A stretch of DNA of 64,000 nucleotides, taken from a virus. Its lineage: Duplodnaviria; Caudoviricetes. Where the stretch lies: positions 1 to 64,000 of IMG/VR virus record IMGVR_UViG_2840842423_000001; one strand, written 5' to 3'. Numbering within the stretch: position 1 is the first letter of the stretch; the number at the start of each line of letters is the position of its first letter. The notes below the pieces were generated by a model that was not told the DNA's origin, searched no databases, and worked only from the letters and a program-made list of their open reading frames with translations. The position numbers and the translations under genes are program-made. Of the stretch, positions 8,632 to 21,200 are shown in pieces.

Positions 8632-11600
8632 TTATCTTGATTCTTCTAGGATTCTGATTCGCTCTTTTAGCGCTTTTATTTCTGATTTATAGTCTTCATG
8701 AAACTGTTGAACCCCTTTTGTAACTAAGGAGACCATTGCGTAAGCTGAGATACCTTCCCCTTTATCAGTAATTATTTCAAGTGGTGCTTCATCAACAATT
8801 ACACCTAATCGCTTACGTTCCCAATCTTCGTCTTCCTTTAAGTTGTAACATTGAACATTAATATCCAATATTTCCTTTAAGGCATTTCCTTGGTATAACT
8901 CAATGTTTTTCTTTAGCTCTCTCTGTGACCGATCAACAATATCAGAACCGGAAATTACACCGCCAGTAATCCCTGTATACGCTGTGTCTGCTAAATTCCG
9001 AACTTGCATCTGAGAAGAAGAACCGTTTAACATTTTCAAGCCTGTTTTTCCCATAGTCATCCATCCATGATCATACGATTCTACTGTAGTAAACCTTGCA
9101 AACAAATCTCCTGATTTGTAAAACTGAACATCCCCCAGGTAGTTCTGCATGATATAGTCTGAGTTAGTTCTTCTCCACCTTGCATTGCTACCTGTATTAT
9201 CTATGGATGATCCATTGGCGAAATTGATAATATTACCGCCTAATAGTGATAGTTCAGGAGATCTTATGCGCAATGGTGTGGTTGTTTCTATTTCATTACG
9301 TCTAATAAACATGGCCTGACCGCCAATTTCCCCTCCATTGTCCTGAACAAGGGAGACAATACCACCAAACATATTAACTTTTTCGGATGTTCCAAACATG
9401 GTAACAGGGCTTGATGATGTCACGGTATCATTTTCAATGGTCACAAAACCAGTCGGCCCTGATGTAACTAAACTACCAACAAACTCACCTGATACACCAA
9501 CTAGCTCGCCTGTGATAACGGCATTTTCTATAGTCGCATCAACAATTGTAGCTTCATCGAATGTGCCTTTTAAGATAGTAGCATTGGCGGCAGTAAGCGT
9601 ACCTGTTACTGTGCTGCTCTGCAAAGTTGCACTAATAGCTGTCATGTCTCTCATTGTAGCAGACGTAAACGTTGCATTAGCTGCACCAATAGTCCCAGTT
9701 ACAGTCGCATTTGCTAAAGTAGCTCGATTTGCGATTATGTCATTAAAGGTACCTTTCGAAATAACAGCCGTTGCAGCAGAAAGTGTTCCTGTGACTGTAC
9801 TATCCTCAATCGTAGCATCAACAATCGTGGCTGTATCAAACGTGCCATGCAGTATCGTCGTATTCGTAGCAGTCAAAGTACCAGTAACTGTGCTATTTTC
9901 AAAGGTGCTACTAATAGCTGTCATACTCTGCATAGTCGCATTATTAAATATCGCATTGTCGGCTCCGATAGTGCCTGTGACAGTCGCATTTGCTAAAGTA
10001 GCTCTGTTGGCTATGATGTCGTTAAAAGTACCTTTTACGATGACTGAGTTAGTCGCTGTGAGCGTGCCTGTTATTGTTGAGTCTTGGATAGTCGTTTCAA
10101 TCGCTGTCATACGTCTGGTTGTCAGGTCAAGGAATGTTGCATCTGGTGCCGATATGCTACCTTTTATAAGCGTATCGCCTGTAATCTCTACGTTGGCTCC
10201 ATTGATTCTGTCGTCTCCGATTCGGATTCCTGCGATTAGTTCATCATCTTTCACATAAGATAACTCAATCGCATCTTCCAGTATTTTAACTTGTGATCTG
10301 GTATAGCTTGCGTGATCTTCAGGTGCAGGTGTCCAGTCTGTGGCTTTGTTTCCTTTTTCAATCTGTACTTTAGGTATTTTATCACTTTGATTAGATAAAT
10401 AAAGCAACATGTAATTTCCGCTGTTAGGTACTGTAATATTTTCAATTTTTAATGAAGTATCCCTAGTAATTGCACCACCTATATACTCAACGCCATCATC
10501 TGGTTGTTGTTCAGTAAATACAACTCTGAATCTATTGTTACTTAGGTTTTCTCTTGATATGGAATATACCTCACCAGCGACAACGGGCAGCGTGTAGCCC
10601 CTATAAGCACTTGATTCAACAACTGTTCCAGATAACGCTAGGTTATTAACTAATGACGGTCTGAAGTAGTTCCTTCCACCAATCTCCAAATCCCCAATAG
10701 CCCCATCAATATCAGCCTGTTCGACCTTTAAAGTGATATCATTTTTCAAAGCATTAATATCGACTGTAGCTGTACTAATCCAAGTCTGCTGCCCTTCCAC
10801 AACAGAGCTTTCAGCCTTTAGTTCTACTTGACCCGCGATTGTGTTAATGCGACCCTCTGCGCCTGTCATACGCCCTTCAAGCGCATTGTAAGTCTCCTCT
10901 GTTACTCTTAAATTGATAGCATCCCATGTTTGGGATATGTTTGTTTCGTAGTTTACAAATCGCTGTACATAGTTGTCTTGGTCAGTCTGATATGCTGTAA
11001 GCGATACGGTATTATCAAACATGTCGTCAATGTCTGCTTTGATGTAGACATTATCTAAATCAGCCTTGATGTCGATGTCTGCGAATATATCTTCTGGTGC
11101 TGGCGTCCAGTCTGTGGCTTTGTTGCCTTTTTCGAGTTTAATACCTTCTTCATAATCCCCAGCTGGACTTTTTCCGCTGTACCGAACAAAACGTGTATTC
11201 TCCCCCAAATTATAAGTAAATACTTTCCCGCTATTGTTACTTATCCTTCTTATAAATTGTCTGTTTTCGTCATATTCGCTTATGGCTGATGCGGTGGTTA
11301 TTTCGGGATGCGTTTGGGTGGAAGTAAGAGTACCTTCACCTTCAACCGCTATAAGCCCAGTAGTAAAAGCGTTGTTTTCAGTAACTACACTTCCATCTGA
11401 ATTTATCCATGTCTGCGGTTCAACGTCATCCGCTATTACTAAGTTCCTACCGCCGATTTCTATATCATCAATAGCAACCCTTAACCTGCCATTTACCCAA
11501 TCCCCATCAACTTTAGAAGCAATATCATTCGTCAAATCAGTTATTTTGGAATTATAAATAGACAAATCAACCTTATCAGCTACATCATCTCTTACATTGC

Positions 11601-14391
11601 CTAAGTCTGTTTCCAACGTATCTAAATCAGTCACTGCGGTATCAATGCGCCCTTTTGCAGTAATAATATCCTCTTTCGCAGTACCTAGATCAGTTTCAGC
11701 GTTGCCTAATCGAGTTTCAGCACCTGCTAAATCGTCACCTAAATTAATCAAATCCTGCTCGGCAGTATCTAGCCTTAAATCAGCATCAATTAACTCCTGT
11801 TCAGCATCACCAATACGTATTTTCGCATTATCAATCTCAACGTTCGCTTTCCGCAATTCTTCATCAAGTACACCTAAATCTATATTGGCTTGATCTATAA
11901 TCAAATTAGCATTTATCAGTTCTTGATCAAGGCGTTCAAGCTCCTCAATTGCTTCACCAATTCTTTTGTCGCCTTGCTCAAGCTCGTCTTCAGCCTCCTT
12001 GATTCTATCCTCAGCATCTCTAATTTCTCTTTTTGCGTCTTCGAGTTTTTCTAATGTCTCTTCGGACATCTCTGTATTACTGTTTATAATATCTTCTATT
12101 CGTGTAATTTCATCACCAAGCTCAGTATCAATCGACCAATTCTCTCCGTCCCAAATCCTAGTCTTAAAGTCTTGCATACTAATCCATACATCATTTACAT
12201 TGGGGAGTTCAGGCTCATCTCCAACTGTATACTTGGAGCCATTTATTCTACCAATCACATTTACATCTGTGCTAGGTTGATAAGGAATAGAGAGAGGGTC
12301 ATTAAAATCTTGATTGGAGTTGCTTGCTACATTGCTGGTTGTCGAGTCTAAAGAAAAGAGAGTGCCGGGATCAGATTCCCCATCCTCTTTTTCCACCCCA
12401 TTAAAACGAACGATGTCAGAAAATAAAATACCGTCTCTGTTGATATCCTCATCAACACGACGGTAAGCTTGAATTCCTATTGTATAGTATAGATTTGAAG
12501 GAACTGAAGGGAACGAAAGTGATCTCGCACCGTAAGACACGTCCTTCATTTCTTCTGTGCCCATTTTTGAACCAAATTGATACGGCTCATTGTCTGTATC
12601 ATGGTGCAAGTAGATCACAAATCCATCAATATTATCTTCATTTTTATCAGTGTCACTGTAATCTGGAAATTCCCACTTCAAATTTAAGTTAACTGAACCA
12701 TCATCATTCTCTTGGTGCTCCAAAGAAAGGGGAGTGGGTCTAGTTGGTTTTTCTGATATTCTATCATTGCGCAAATTGAAATTATACGCTGCTTTATCCC
12801 AGTTAATCTTGCGTTTATTGGTATCTGTTTCCACTTTATCAATAGTATATAACACTCTATATCCTTGATCCTTATTTTGATTTAAACGTTTGGTGTTTGA
12901 GATAGTTACATTGATAGCAGCATTCTCAAAATCAAATTCAATTTTAGATAGCGTAGCTTTCACATCAATTCCCAATTTTGCGTGATTAATTCTAATAATA
13001 TCTCCAATAGAAAATCGATCCCAGTTGTGTGATTCACTCACCATTTGCAAGAAATTAACCAAACTAACCGTAATATCAATAGGCGGGCTATTCTTATCAG
13101 CTAGTTCTTTTAGTCCAGCTTCATACAAATCACTTTCGTCATATAGATTGCTATCTGTCCATTCTTCTTCTTGTACAAAGTTGGATAACTCTGTCATTTG
13201 TGACATGGTTAGATGATTTTCCATTTTTAGCAGGTTGCTCCATTTTTGGATTTCTTCATCTACATTATTGATTTGACTATTGAGGCTGTCCACTATTTGT
13301 TTTTTGTCGCTTATTTCAGTGTTCTTTAGGTCTCTCTGTTTCTTTAAATCTGTTGTTGACTGATTAGTTTCTTTTGCTACTTGAATACTATCCAAGATAA
13401 TCTCTAGATCTAACTCCAATTGAGTTAATTCATTTTCTTGCTCTGTTCTATTTTGTTGAAATCTTCTTTTTTCCTCCAAAAGATCTCGAAACGTATCTTT
13501 GTTGTCCGAAACAAATTGGTTGTAATGTACCAATGACTTAGCCAAGCCGTCTTCCATGAAATCACTATGAGATGTGATTTTACCTTCATCATCCATACTG
13601 AAAGGATACAGAAAATATGAAAAATCATCTATGTATCTTTGTCCTGTAGGATTTACCGAGTTAATGGTTAGTCCTTCACTGCCATAGACATGTAAGCGTG
13701 TTACAATCTCACTGGCATCAATATGTTCCTCAACGTTTTGAATATATTTTCCGTAACCAACTGAAAACCCCTTATAAAAAGAAATCTCTTCTTCTTTGTA
13801 GAAGTTGACTGTTTTGTTTACAGAATCAAATCGAATAATAGCATCAAATGTCTCTGCAATTTCATAAAGAAAATCTAGTTTGGATTGACTGGATACGTCA
13901 AACTGTCTCCAAACTAGATTGAATTCAGGATTTATATATCCCGGTTTCCAATCTTCTCCTCTTAAGACATCTTGTGTCACCATAAGACAGTTTTTACTCC
14001 TGCCTAAATATCCAATCATTTTTTTCTTAGTGAGTTGGTGAGCCAGCGAATAACAAGTAACAATTAAATCATCAGATTCATTAGATGATTTGGTGATCCT
14101 GTGTACAACAAACCATTCAACCTTCTTATCATAAATTGATTTAACTAGAAATTTTTCTTTAATTTTGTCTATGACTGGATTTTTAACAAGCCCGCTATTC
14201 ACATCAAGCTCAACTTCAAAAGGGACAGTGAAAGTTATTACATTGATACTATCATTATGATCAAGAGTTAATGTTTCGTTTTTAATATGTTTTGTTTTCT
14301 TGTTGGTAGTTAATTTGGCTATCTTTGTCTTATCTGGTTTAGCTAACCATAAAGACAACTGTTTTGGCTCAATCTTATCTATCGTATACAA
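8632..14391 (-). CDS. Tal/tail-spike protein (YomG-like): endopeptidase-like N-domain, FN3, coiled coil, two carbohydrate-binding modules, beta repeats, S74 chaperone
   Basis: IVTRLHVYGSEGLTINSVNPTG; two IGGRN...EKGNKATDWTPAPED modules; TVTGT repeats; SQRELKKNI. Confidence 0.85.
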   Translation of the reverse strand: MYTIDKIEPKQLSLWLAKPDKTKIAKLTTNKKTKHIKNETLTLDHNDSINVITFTVPFEVELDVNSGLVKNPVIDKIKEKFLVKSIYDKKVEWFVVHRITKSSNESDDLIVTCYSLAHQLTKKKMIGYLGRSKNCLMVTQDVLRGEDWKPGYINPEFNLVWRQFDVSSQSKLDFLYEIAETFDAIIRFDSVNKTVNFYKEEEISFYKGFSVGYGKYIQNVEEHIDASEIVTRLHVYGSEGLTINSVNPTGQRYIDDFSYFLYPFSMDDEGKITSHSDFMEDGLAKSLVHYNQFVSDNKDTFRDLLEEKRRFQQNRTEQENELTQLELDLEIILDSIQVAKETNQSTTDLKKQRDLKNTEISDKKQIVDSLNSQINNVDEEIQKWSNLLKMENHLTMSQMTELSNFVQEEEWTDSNLYDESDLYEAGLKELADKNSPPIDITVSLVNFLQMVSESHNWDRFSIGDIIRINHAKLGIDVKATLSKIEFDFENAAINVTISNTKRLNQNKDQGYRVLYTIDKVETDTNKRKINWDKAAYNFNLRNDRISEKPTRPTPLSLEHQENDDGSVNLNLKWEFPDYSDTDKNEDNIDGFVIYLHHDTDNEPYQFGSKMGTEEMKDVSYGARSLSFPSVPSNLYYTIGIQAYRRVDEDINRDGILFSDIVRFNGVEKEDGESDPGTLFSLDSTTSNVASNSNQDFNDPLSIPYQPSTDVNVIGRINGSKYTVGDEPELPNVNDVWISMQDFKTRIWDGENWSIDTELGDEITRIEDIINSNTEMSEETLEKLEDAKREIRDAEDRIKEAEDELEQGDKRIGEAIEELERLDQELINANLIIDQANIDLGVLDEELRKANVEIDNAKIRIGDAEQELIDADLRLDTAEQDLINLGDDLAGAETRLGNAETDLGTAKEDIITAKGRIDTAVTDLDTLETDLGNVRDDVADKVDLSIYNSKITDLTNDIASKVDGDWVNGRLRVAIDDIEIGGRNLVIADDVEPQTWINSDGSVVTENNAFTTGLIAVEGEGTLTSTQTHPEITTASAISEYDENRQFIRRISNNSGKVFTYNLGENTRFVRYSGKSPAGDYEEGIKLEKGNKATDWTPAPEDIFADIDIKADLDNVYIKADIDDMFDNTVSLTAYQTDQDNYVQRFVNYETNISQTWDAINLRVTEETYNALEGRMTGAEGRINTIAGQVELKAESSVVEGQQTWISTATVDINALKNDITLKVEQADIDGAIGDLEIGGRNYFRPSLVNNLALSGTVVESSAYRGYTLPVVAGEVYSISRENLSNNRFRVVFTEQQPDDGVEYIGGAITRDTSLKIENITVPNSGNYMLLYLSNQSDKIPKVQIEKGNKATDWTPAPEDHASYTRSQVKILEDAIELSYVKDDELIAGIRIGDDRINGANVEITGDTLIKGSISAPDATFLDLTTRRMTAIETTIQDSTITGTLTATNSVIVKGTFNDIIANRATLANATVTGTIGADNAIFNNATMQSMTAISSTFENSTVTGTLTATNTTILHGTFDTATIVDATIEDSTVTGTLSAATAVISKGTFNDIIANRATLANATVTGTIGAANATFTSATMRDMTAISATLQSSTVTGTLTAANATILKGTFDEATIVDATIENAVITGELVGVSGEFVGSLVTSGPTGFVTIENDTVTSSSPVTMFGTSEKVNMFGGIVSLVQDNGGEIGGQAMFIRRNEIETTTPLRIRSPELSLLGGNIINFANGSSIDNTGSNARWRRTNSDYIMQNYLGDVQFYKSGDLFARFTTVESYDHGWMTMGKTGLKMLNGSSSQMQVRNLADTAYTGITGGVISGSDIVDRSQRELKKNIELYQGNALKEILDINVQCYNLKEDEDWERKRLGVIVDEAPLEIITDKGEGISAYAMVSLVTKGVQQFHEDYKSEIKALKERIRILEESR
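9520..10080 (-). repeat. Intragenic duplication of a ~93-codon unit (279-nt offset) made of ~30-aa TVTGT repeats
   Basis: cagtcgcatttgctaaagtagctc at 9702 and 9981; KGTFNDIIANRATLANATVTGTIGA occurs twice. Confidence 0.85.
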
Positions 14392-14418
14392 TATTTTTAC
14401 TCTCCTTTCTTTGCCGAC

Positions 14419-15207
14419 CTAAGAAAACAGGTATCTATATCTGAATTGAAATCTTGCATTATTTGTTAAAGTTAATAAGTTTTTCCCATATACTAACTCT
14501 AAATAGTTATCATTGAAATCATCATACCTGTGTTCTCTTTTTTTATTGGTTGTAATAATTTCATTGGTGCAATCCACAAATAATGTTTCACCTTTGTCTA
14601 TATTCTTAAATGTAAATTCTTGATTTCCATTTGTGCGGTTAAAAATCGTTATATCTCCATCTCCTACTTTCTCGATCCAAATATCTGGATAAGTGGAAAA
14701 ATGTCCGTAATTATTTAACTCAATATTTGTGCTTTCTGTTAGTTCATTTGAGTCAGTTGGATATACGGGCGTGGTAATATCATGACTATAACTCTTACTG
14801 GAATTGCAACGCATAGTAAGATTCAAATATCCTTGTTTTAATCCGTTGTGAATTAATTCTATTCCATTGACAGGAATCACATAGAAAACCCTGTCTACAT
14901 CTGCACTGAAAAACAATGGTTGGTAATAATCAATGTTTAGCCATCTAATCACTTCATCAATTAATCTGTCATCCCATGTTCTGGAAAATGCAAAACGCAG
15001 TTGTATTGTCGTTGGTTCCTCTGTTGTGTCTACAAAATAAGGCTCTTTTCTACCCCTAATACGTACCTCATTGATATTTTTTGATGCTACTACTTGCTCG
15101 TTATACATGCCACTTGCTATGGATACATTACGAATATCAAAATCAGTTGATTTTCTCCCTGCAAAATGAAAATGTTCGCTTTCTCTAATCAATGTATAAA
15201 ACACCAC
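14419..15207 (-). CDS. Distal tail protein (Dit, YomH-like)
   Basis: Between tape measure and Tal; FHFAGRKSTDF start and YLELVYGKNLL end typical of Dit. Confidence 0.85.
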   Translation of the reverse strand: MVFYTLIRESEHFHFAGRKSTDFDIRNVSIASGMYNEQVVASKNINEVRIRGRKEPYFVDTTEEPTTIQLRFAFSRTWDDRLIDEVIRWLNIDYYQPLFFSADVDRVFYVIPVNGIELIHNGLKQGYLNLTMRCNSSKSYSHDITTPVYPTDSNELTESTNIELNNYGHFSTYPDIWIEKVGDGDITIFNRTNGNQEFTFKNIDKGETLFVDCTNEIITTNKKREHRYDDFNDNYLELVYGKNLLTLTNNARFQFRYRYLFS

Positions 15208-15258
15208 CTACAATTTTAAAAGAGCCAGCCCAAATAGACTGACTCAGTATTCTTATAT

Positions 15259-18200
15259 TTAAAATTTAATGCCTTTTCTATTTGCTTCTTCTATAACTGC
15301 TGCCCAAGTGTCTTGTGTCTCTTTCTTAGACGCACTAGAATTAGCAACATGAACAGTGATATTGGTTTCGTTGCTTGTGTCTCCGTCAGTTCTATTCAAC
15401 CTAGGAACATTAGGTGTGTTGAATTGTCCTATTAAATCTCGATTAATTTTAACTGAGTTAAGAATATTCTCAGTGTCGTCTGGTTTGAGTACAAACTCAT
15501 CATCGTGAAGTACAGCTAAACCACCGTCTCTACTCTTAACTTTTACTCCTCCGCCCCCGTCAAATTCAGGTATATCTATACCCTGAGCATTGGGGAAGTA
15601 GGCGTTGTTAATTTGAGAGATAGCACGTTGTAAATTCTTAACAACACTTTTACCAAGTTGATCAGTCATTGTTCCAATATCTTTATAGAATGCATCGAGT
15701 TTCTTTTTAATATTATCTGTATTGCCTTCTATGACCTGAGATCGCATATCCATAAATGCCTGCTCATCATTAATCAGATCATCATAATTTTTCTCGATTT
15801 CTTCTCTTTCTTCATTTAATGATTTCTTTCTATCCTCAATAGCTTTATCACGTTGAGTATTATCAATTTCCTCTTCTGATTCTTGTAGCGATTCATTTAA
15901 CTCTTTGATACGTTTTTTAGCAGCATCTGAGTCATCTATACCTAATTCAGCTAGTTCATTTAATATCTCTTGACGATTATCTTGTTGATCTTTGAGACGT
16001 TTTTGATATTCTCTCTCTTTTTCTTTATCGTCAATCTCACTAATTAAATCATCTACGGCTTTTAAAGCAACTTCTTTTTGTGCTTCAAGTGAGCGTTTAA
16101 CCACATCTTCTAATCGTTGATACATGCTGATGCGCTGTTCTAGAATTTGTTGTTCCATATTCCACATTTCAATTTGACGCTCACGTAATGTATCATCTAG
16201 TCGCATCTTTTGAGCGGCAGTAAGATTCTTATTGGATTTGATTTCTCTTTCTAGCCATTTAATAGAGCTCTTTTGTTGTTCAATTTGTTGCTGCATGAGT
16301 TTTTCGCGTTTGACTTGTTGTTTTGCCCATGCGTTAGAATTCTCATGATATCTAGACTGAAAATAATCTACTTCTGCTAATCCTTTATTGAGTTTTGCTT
16401 TAGCATGGTCGAATGCAGCTAAGTGCGATTCAACAATAGCAAAATACAGTTCTTCTATCTGATCATCTATGGAAAGCATGTCGCCTTGCAAACCTACCAA
16501 GGAAGATCTAGCATCTTCTACATTTCCTCGACTTTGTGCAGCCGTTTTAGAGAGCTCTTCTAGGTATTTCATTGGATCAATAGATTGCCCATTACGATCA
16601 ATCTGCAAGTGTAGGTGTGCTCCTGTTGAGTCTCCTGTACTACCTACTCGTCCAAGTTGTTGTCCTGCATCTACTCTTTGACCTTTTTTAACACGCAAGT
16701 CACCAAGCATATGCATATATTTAGCAACAGTGCCATCATCCTGTTCAATAACAACCCAGTTACCAGCAGATTTATCATATCCAGCAATTGTAACTTTACC
16801 ACTACGCAAAGCTTTAACAGCATCACCAGATCTTCCATTTGCCAAGTCTACCCCATGATGCATTCTGTTTGTGCCTTTTGTGGGGTGCTTACGCATACCG
16901 TAGCCAGAAGTTGTTGTAAATTGGTCAAGATAGTAATTTGCAGTTTCATTCATTTTAGAATTGCTAGACTTTACTTGTGCAGTGGTGTTTCCTACCGCAG
17001 AGCCAAAACTTTCAAGATTTGAATTTACTTTTTTGACGTAATTTTGTGTCTCTTCAAATGGAGGAATACCTCCATATTTACGTACATTTCCAGCACCAGC
17101 ATTATAGGCAGCTAAAGCTTTGTTTAAATCTCCACCAAATGCCTTTAATTGTTGTGCTATGTATTTAGTGCCGCCATCAATGTTTTGAGCAGGGTTAAAT
17201 GAATCTTTAACACCTAGTTCTCTCGCTGTTGCAGGCATTAATTGCATTAATCCTCTTGCGCCTGCACCGGACACAGCTCTAGAATTGAAACTGGACTCTT
17301 GTTGTATAATGGAAGCAATTAAAAATGGACTAACACCATACTTTTGTGCGGATTTGTTGATCTCGTTAGCATATTTTCCAGTGTACGTTCCACTAGCGTC
17401 GCTACCAGTGACAACTCCAGTTTGTCTAATATTCCCAGAAGCAATCTGACTTCTTAAATCATCAGCTTGTTCTTTGGTTAAGGTTTTCTTTTCCTTGAGT
17501 AACTCCAATTCTTTCTCAAGTGCTTTTCTATATTGATTTGAGTGTTCAGGATATTTCGATTGAATAGAGTTTTGTTTCTCTAATTCCAAGTTTAAGTTTT
17601 CTAAAGCTAAAGCGTATTTGTCTAATACATAAGTAGTGCTCTCATACTCTTTTGCCATGTTTTTAGCTGATTCAGAGGCTTTATCGGATGCCTCAGATGC
17701 TTTACTGGACGCACTATTTGACTTAGCTAAAGATTCATTCACTTCGCCTAGTGCGCCAATTTGGCTTTGATATGATGGCATTAATGCATCAATGGAAGAT
17801 TTTAATTCGGAGATTGTGCCTCTGGCTTTAGAGGCAGCTCCGCTACTGTGAATCATCTCCATTTCAGCCATCTCACGTTCCATTAATCCAACATTGGCGT
17901 TTGCGGCTTCTTTATAGGCTTTTTGAGCTTCTTCATGTGCCTGAATTACTGCAAATTGTGCCTGAATTTCCTTTTTCATACTTTCCATTCTTGCACGAGT
18001 GCCCATTGCTTGAGCAACAGTCTTAGCATCTTCCGAACTTAGTTTTCCTTTTGCTAGTAAGTCAGTAGATTCACTTAAGACTTCATTTGCAGCTATTTCG
18101 TTCTGCATTGCCTTAATATTTAAATTTGAGCCTTCGACTAAATGAGGAAATTGTGCGATCAGGTTGTCTTTGACATTCTGATATTCTTCCTCTTGAGCAG

Positions 18201-21200
18201 TGGTTAGTTCAGTTTGTTTACCGAGTTCTTGCAAAATTTGATATGAATTAAGTAATGATTGATTCACTTCGTTGGTGTCAGAGCTAATACCAAGCATGGT
18301 TGTCCTAAAATGGTCAGCGTAATCAGACGCATTTTCTAATGAGTTTGCAAACCCTTCTGTAGATTCTTCTGCGCCATCGGCAGAAATAGAGGCTTTGTCC
18401 AGTGTGCCAGAAAGAATGCCAATAACTTCATCGGCTTCTTCTGCATCAAATTCAGCACCAACTAGAGAGGCTCTTAGTAAATCCCAAGATTCCTCCGATT
18501 CAATTGCACCAGTTGACACTGTGCCAATCACTTCATTTAATTTTTCAAGTTGGTTAATATCTAATCCATCAAGAGAGTAACCATCACCTAACTCTTTCTT
18601 TAAGGTGGATACTTTATTAGCAAAATCTCCAATTTCATCTTGGGCAATTTCTGCTTCCTTGACCATGCTTCCAAGCCAAGTAATCTCTGAGTTGTTTAAG
18701 TCTACATTAGCTAGTTCAGCTTGTTTATACACAATTGCCTCGTAGGCTTCTTGGATTTTCTCTGATTCTCCGGTTACAGTGTCTCTATACTCTTGCATAT
18801 CGACTTGCACACCAGCAATCATATTATCCCAGAACTCAGCATCTTTCATGCCTTTGTTAGTGCCTTTACTTACAGCTTCAGCCATTTCTTCTCGGTAGTA
18901 GGCTAAATCTTCCTCTAGCTTTTTCATTTCTTCTCTGGCTTGCTCAATATTTTCTGTGCTAAATGCTATATTGGTCTCAGCCGATTCAGCAGCCAAATCT
19001 CTTTCGAAGGCTATTTGCTCTTCTAGTGCGGAGATGTGTTCTTTTACAATTCCTGTGTTCTCTAGGATTCTATTTCCCTTTTCATCCTCATATTTGACAA
19101 CAGTAGGGAGAAGATCACCTAATTCGTTTTGTAATTCTACATAACGTGTTTCTTGTTCAATATTTCTATCATTTTCTCCAACATTCTCTAATTTTTCATA
19201 TTCGCTCACAAGTTGAGAAATGTTGTCTTTTTCACTTTGTATTGATTTGATGGACTGATCATTGGATCTTTGATAATCATCTATTGCTTTATTTCTATCT
19301 GCAATCTTGCCACTGACCCAAGAAATTGCAGCACCAAGCGCCATAAAACCAGCGATAGGTAAAGCAGCACCTGCGAGGAAGCGCAATGCTCCTGCGCCAA
19401 CTTTAGCGAAGGAGGAGAAAGCTCTACTAGAGCCATGAATAGCAGTTTGCATCATTCCATGGGATTTGACATGTGCTCCTATAGCAATGTCTCCTGCTCT
19501 CATACCTTTAATCAAATCGGCTATATAAGTACCACTAGTTATTGATGCGGTTCTGAGTTTGGAGCTGAATGCTAATATTGCTACACCTGCTACACCAAAC
19601 ACTGGTGCTAAAAGTCCTATAGTATCAATCATTTTAGTAAAAGTATTAAGTGTTGGAATAGCTGCGTTTGTAAAGTTGGTTATTGCGTCTCCAAGTACAT
19701 CTTCTTCTAGACCGATTATTGCTTCTGTCCATGCGTTTTTAACTTTGTTAATTTTAGCTTCATATGAATCTAGGTACGCTTCGTTTTCTCGCATAGCTGA
19801 ACCATGTGAGTCTGTTGCGGATGCCGATGCTGCTGTAGCTTGGTCAAATTGTTCCATTAAAACTAAGAACCGACTCAATTGATACCTCTGCTTTACTACG
19901 GTAAAGTAATAAAGTGTTCTGTTACTTTCACTCTTTACGAGTTACTGACCATAGCTAATATGGCGACCAACCATTTCTGATTGGTTCTACACCTTACTGT
20001 TAGATTATTGTGTAGTTCGGACTTTCCCTTTTTCTTCACCATGATGTGTTAAGAAAGTGTATTAAAGTCTCTGCACGTCTCCTTTAAAAAAGGGTTTCGC
20101 TCACGATTGTCTGTCTCCAGAGTTTTCCTGAATTTAACACGTTGTTTACTAATCATTTCTGACTAGGCTGGCAGGTTTTGTTTACCAGCTATTTTCAATC
20201 CTAGATTCTGTTGCTCAGCCTTCGATAATGTATCCCATTTACCTGCTAAATCAGCTAAGATATCATCTACGGTACGCATTTCACCAGATGATTCTTTAAC
20301 GTTGACTCCAATTGCAGCCATTGCGTCAATTGCAGGTTGGATGGATGTGATACGGGAAGAAATGGATTTTAAACTATTCAGTTCTGTTACTTTCGCTTAC
20401 TTTAAGTAAGTTACTGACTATACAGTGTTATTCATATAGCGGTAAGGCACTTCAACCTTACTCTCTATGTTTCCATAGATGCTCAGACTATCGCTTACTG
20501 CAACAATACGCTACAGTCCCTTATGTTTAGTCGTTCACGCTGCACAAATATATAATTTTGCTTGCGCCCTGTCATCCTCAGCACCATCTGTTAGGAGTTC
20601 CAAGTCAATTAAAAAGGGTTTAAACTCGGCAAATTTTACCGATGATATTTCCACTTTCCCTTGTTACTTGCCCGATGGCTGTGGTGTATCCTACGAGATT
20701 GGACAATTCTATCAATATTGTTACTCTTCTAATAAATAGAAGGGACAAGTCATTTCTGCTTGTCTCAACGCCTTCTGTTAGATTATGTGACGTTGTTCGG
20801 AACATCCCTTCATCATCATCATTACATGTTAAGATGGTGTATTATGTTCTCTGCACCTCTCTGACAACGGTCAGATTTGGCTCACGATTGCCCAATCTCT
20901 GGGGTTCTCCTGAATTTAACACATTATTCACTAATACATTTCCATATTAGGCGGCACTGAGTTTACCGTATGTCCCCGCGGCTCCAGCGGACTTTTGAAT
21001 CGATTGTGCTAGTTGTTGGGTCGTAACACTATAATTGTTCAATTTATACCCTGTCTTTCGACATATTTGTAGGGTTTAGACTATCCCACGTTCTCATAGA
21101 GAACTCGCTATTATAGTCGTTGAAGCTTCCTCTATTATGTAGAGACTTGCCTGCGGATTTCCTATGTATCTCAATCTTTTTTACTATACCTGAATGATTA

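Noticed and set aside
9398-12280. Long plus-strand ORFs antisense to Tal (e.g. 9398-10258)
   Set aside because: Shadow frames of repetitive coding sequence; no RBS or recognisable motifs
4597-14391. Diversity-generating retroelement or invertible shufflon at the tail fibres
   Set aside because: No reverse transcriptase, no TR/VR pair and no inverted spare cassettes seen
20479-20950. Short ORFs inside the TMP gap (20479-20739+, 20620-20805-, 20642-20950+)
   Set aside because: Explained by intron sequence and exon 3; too short and motif-less to be intron endonucleases
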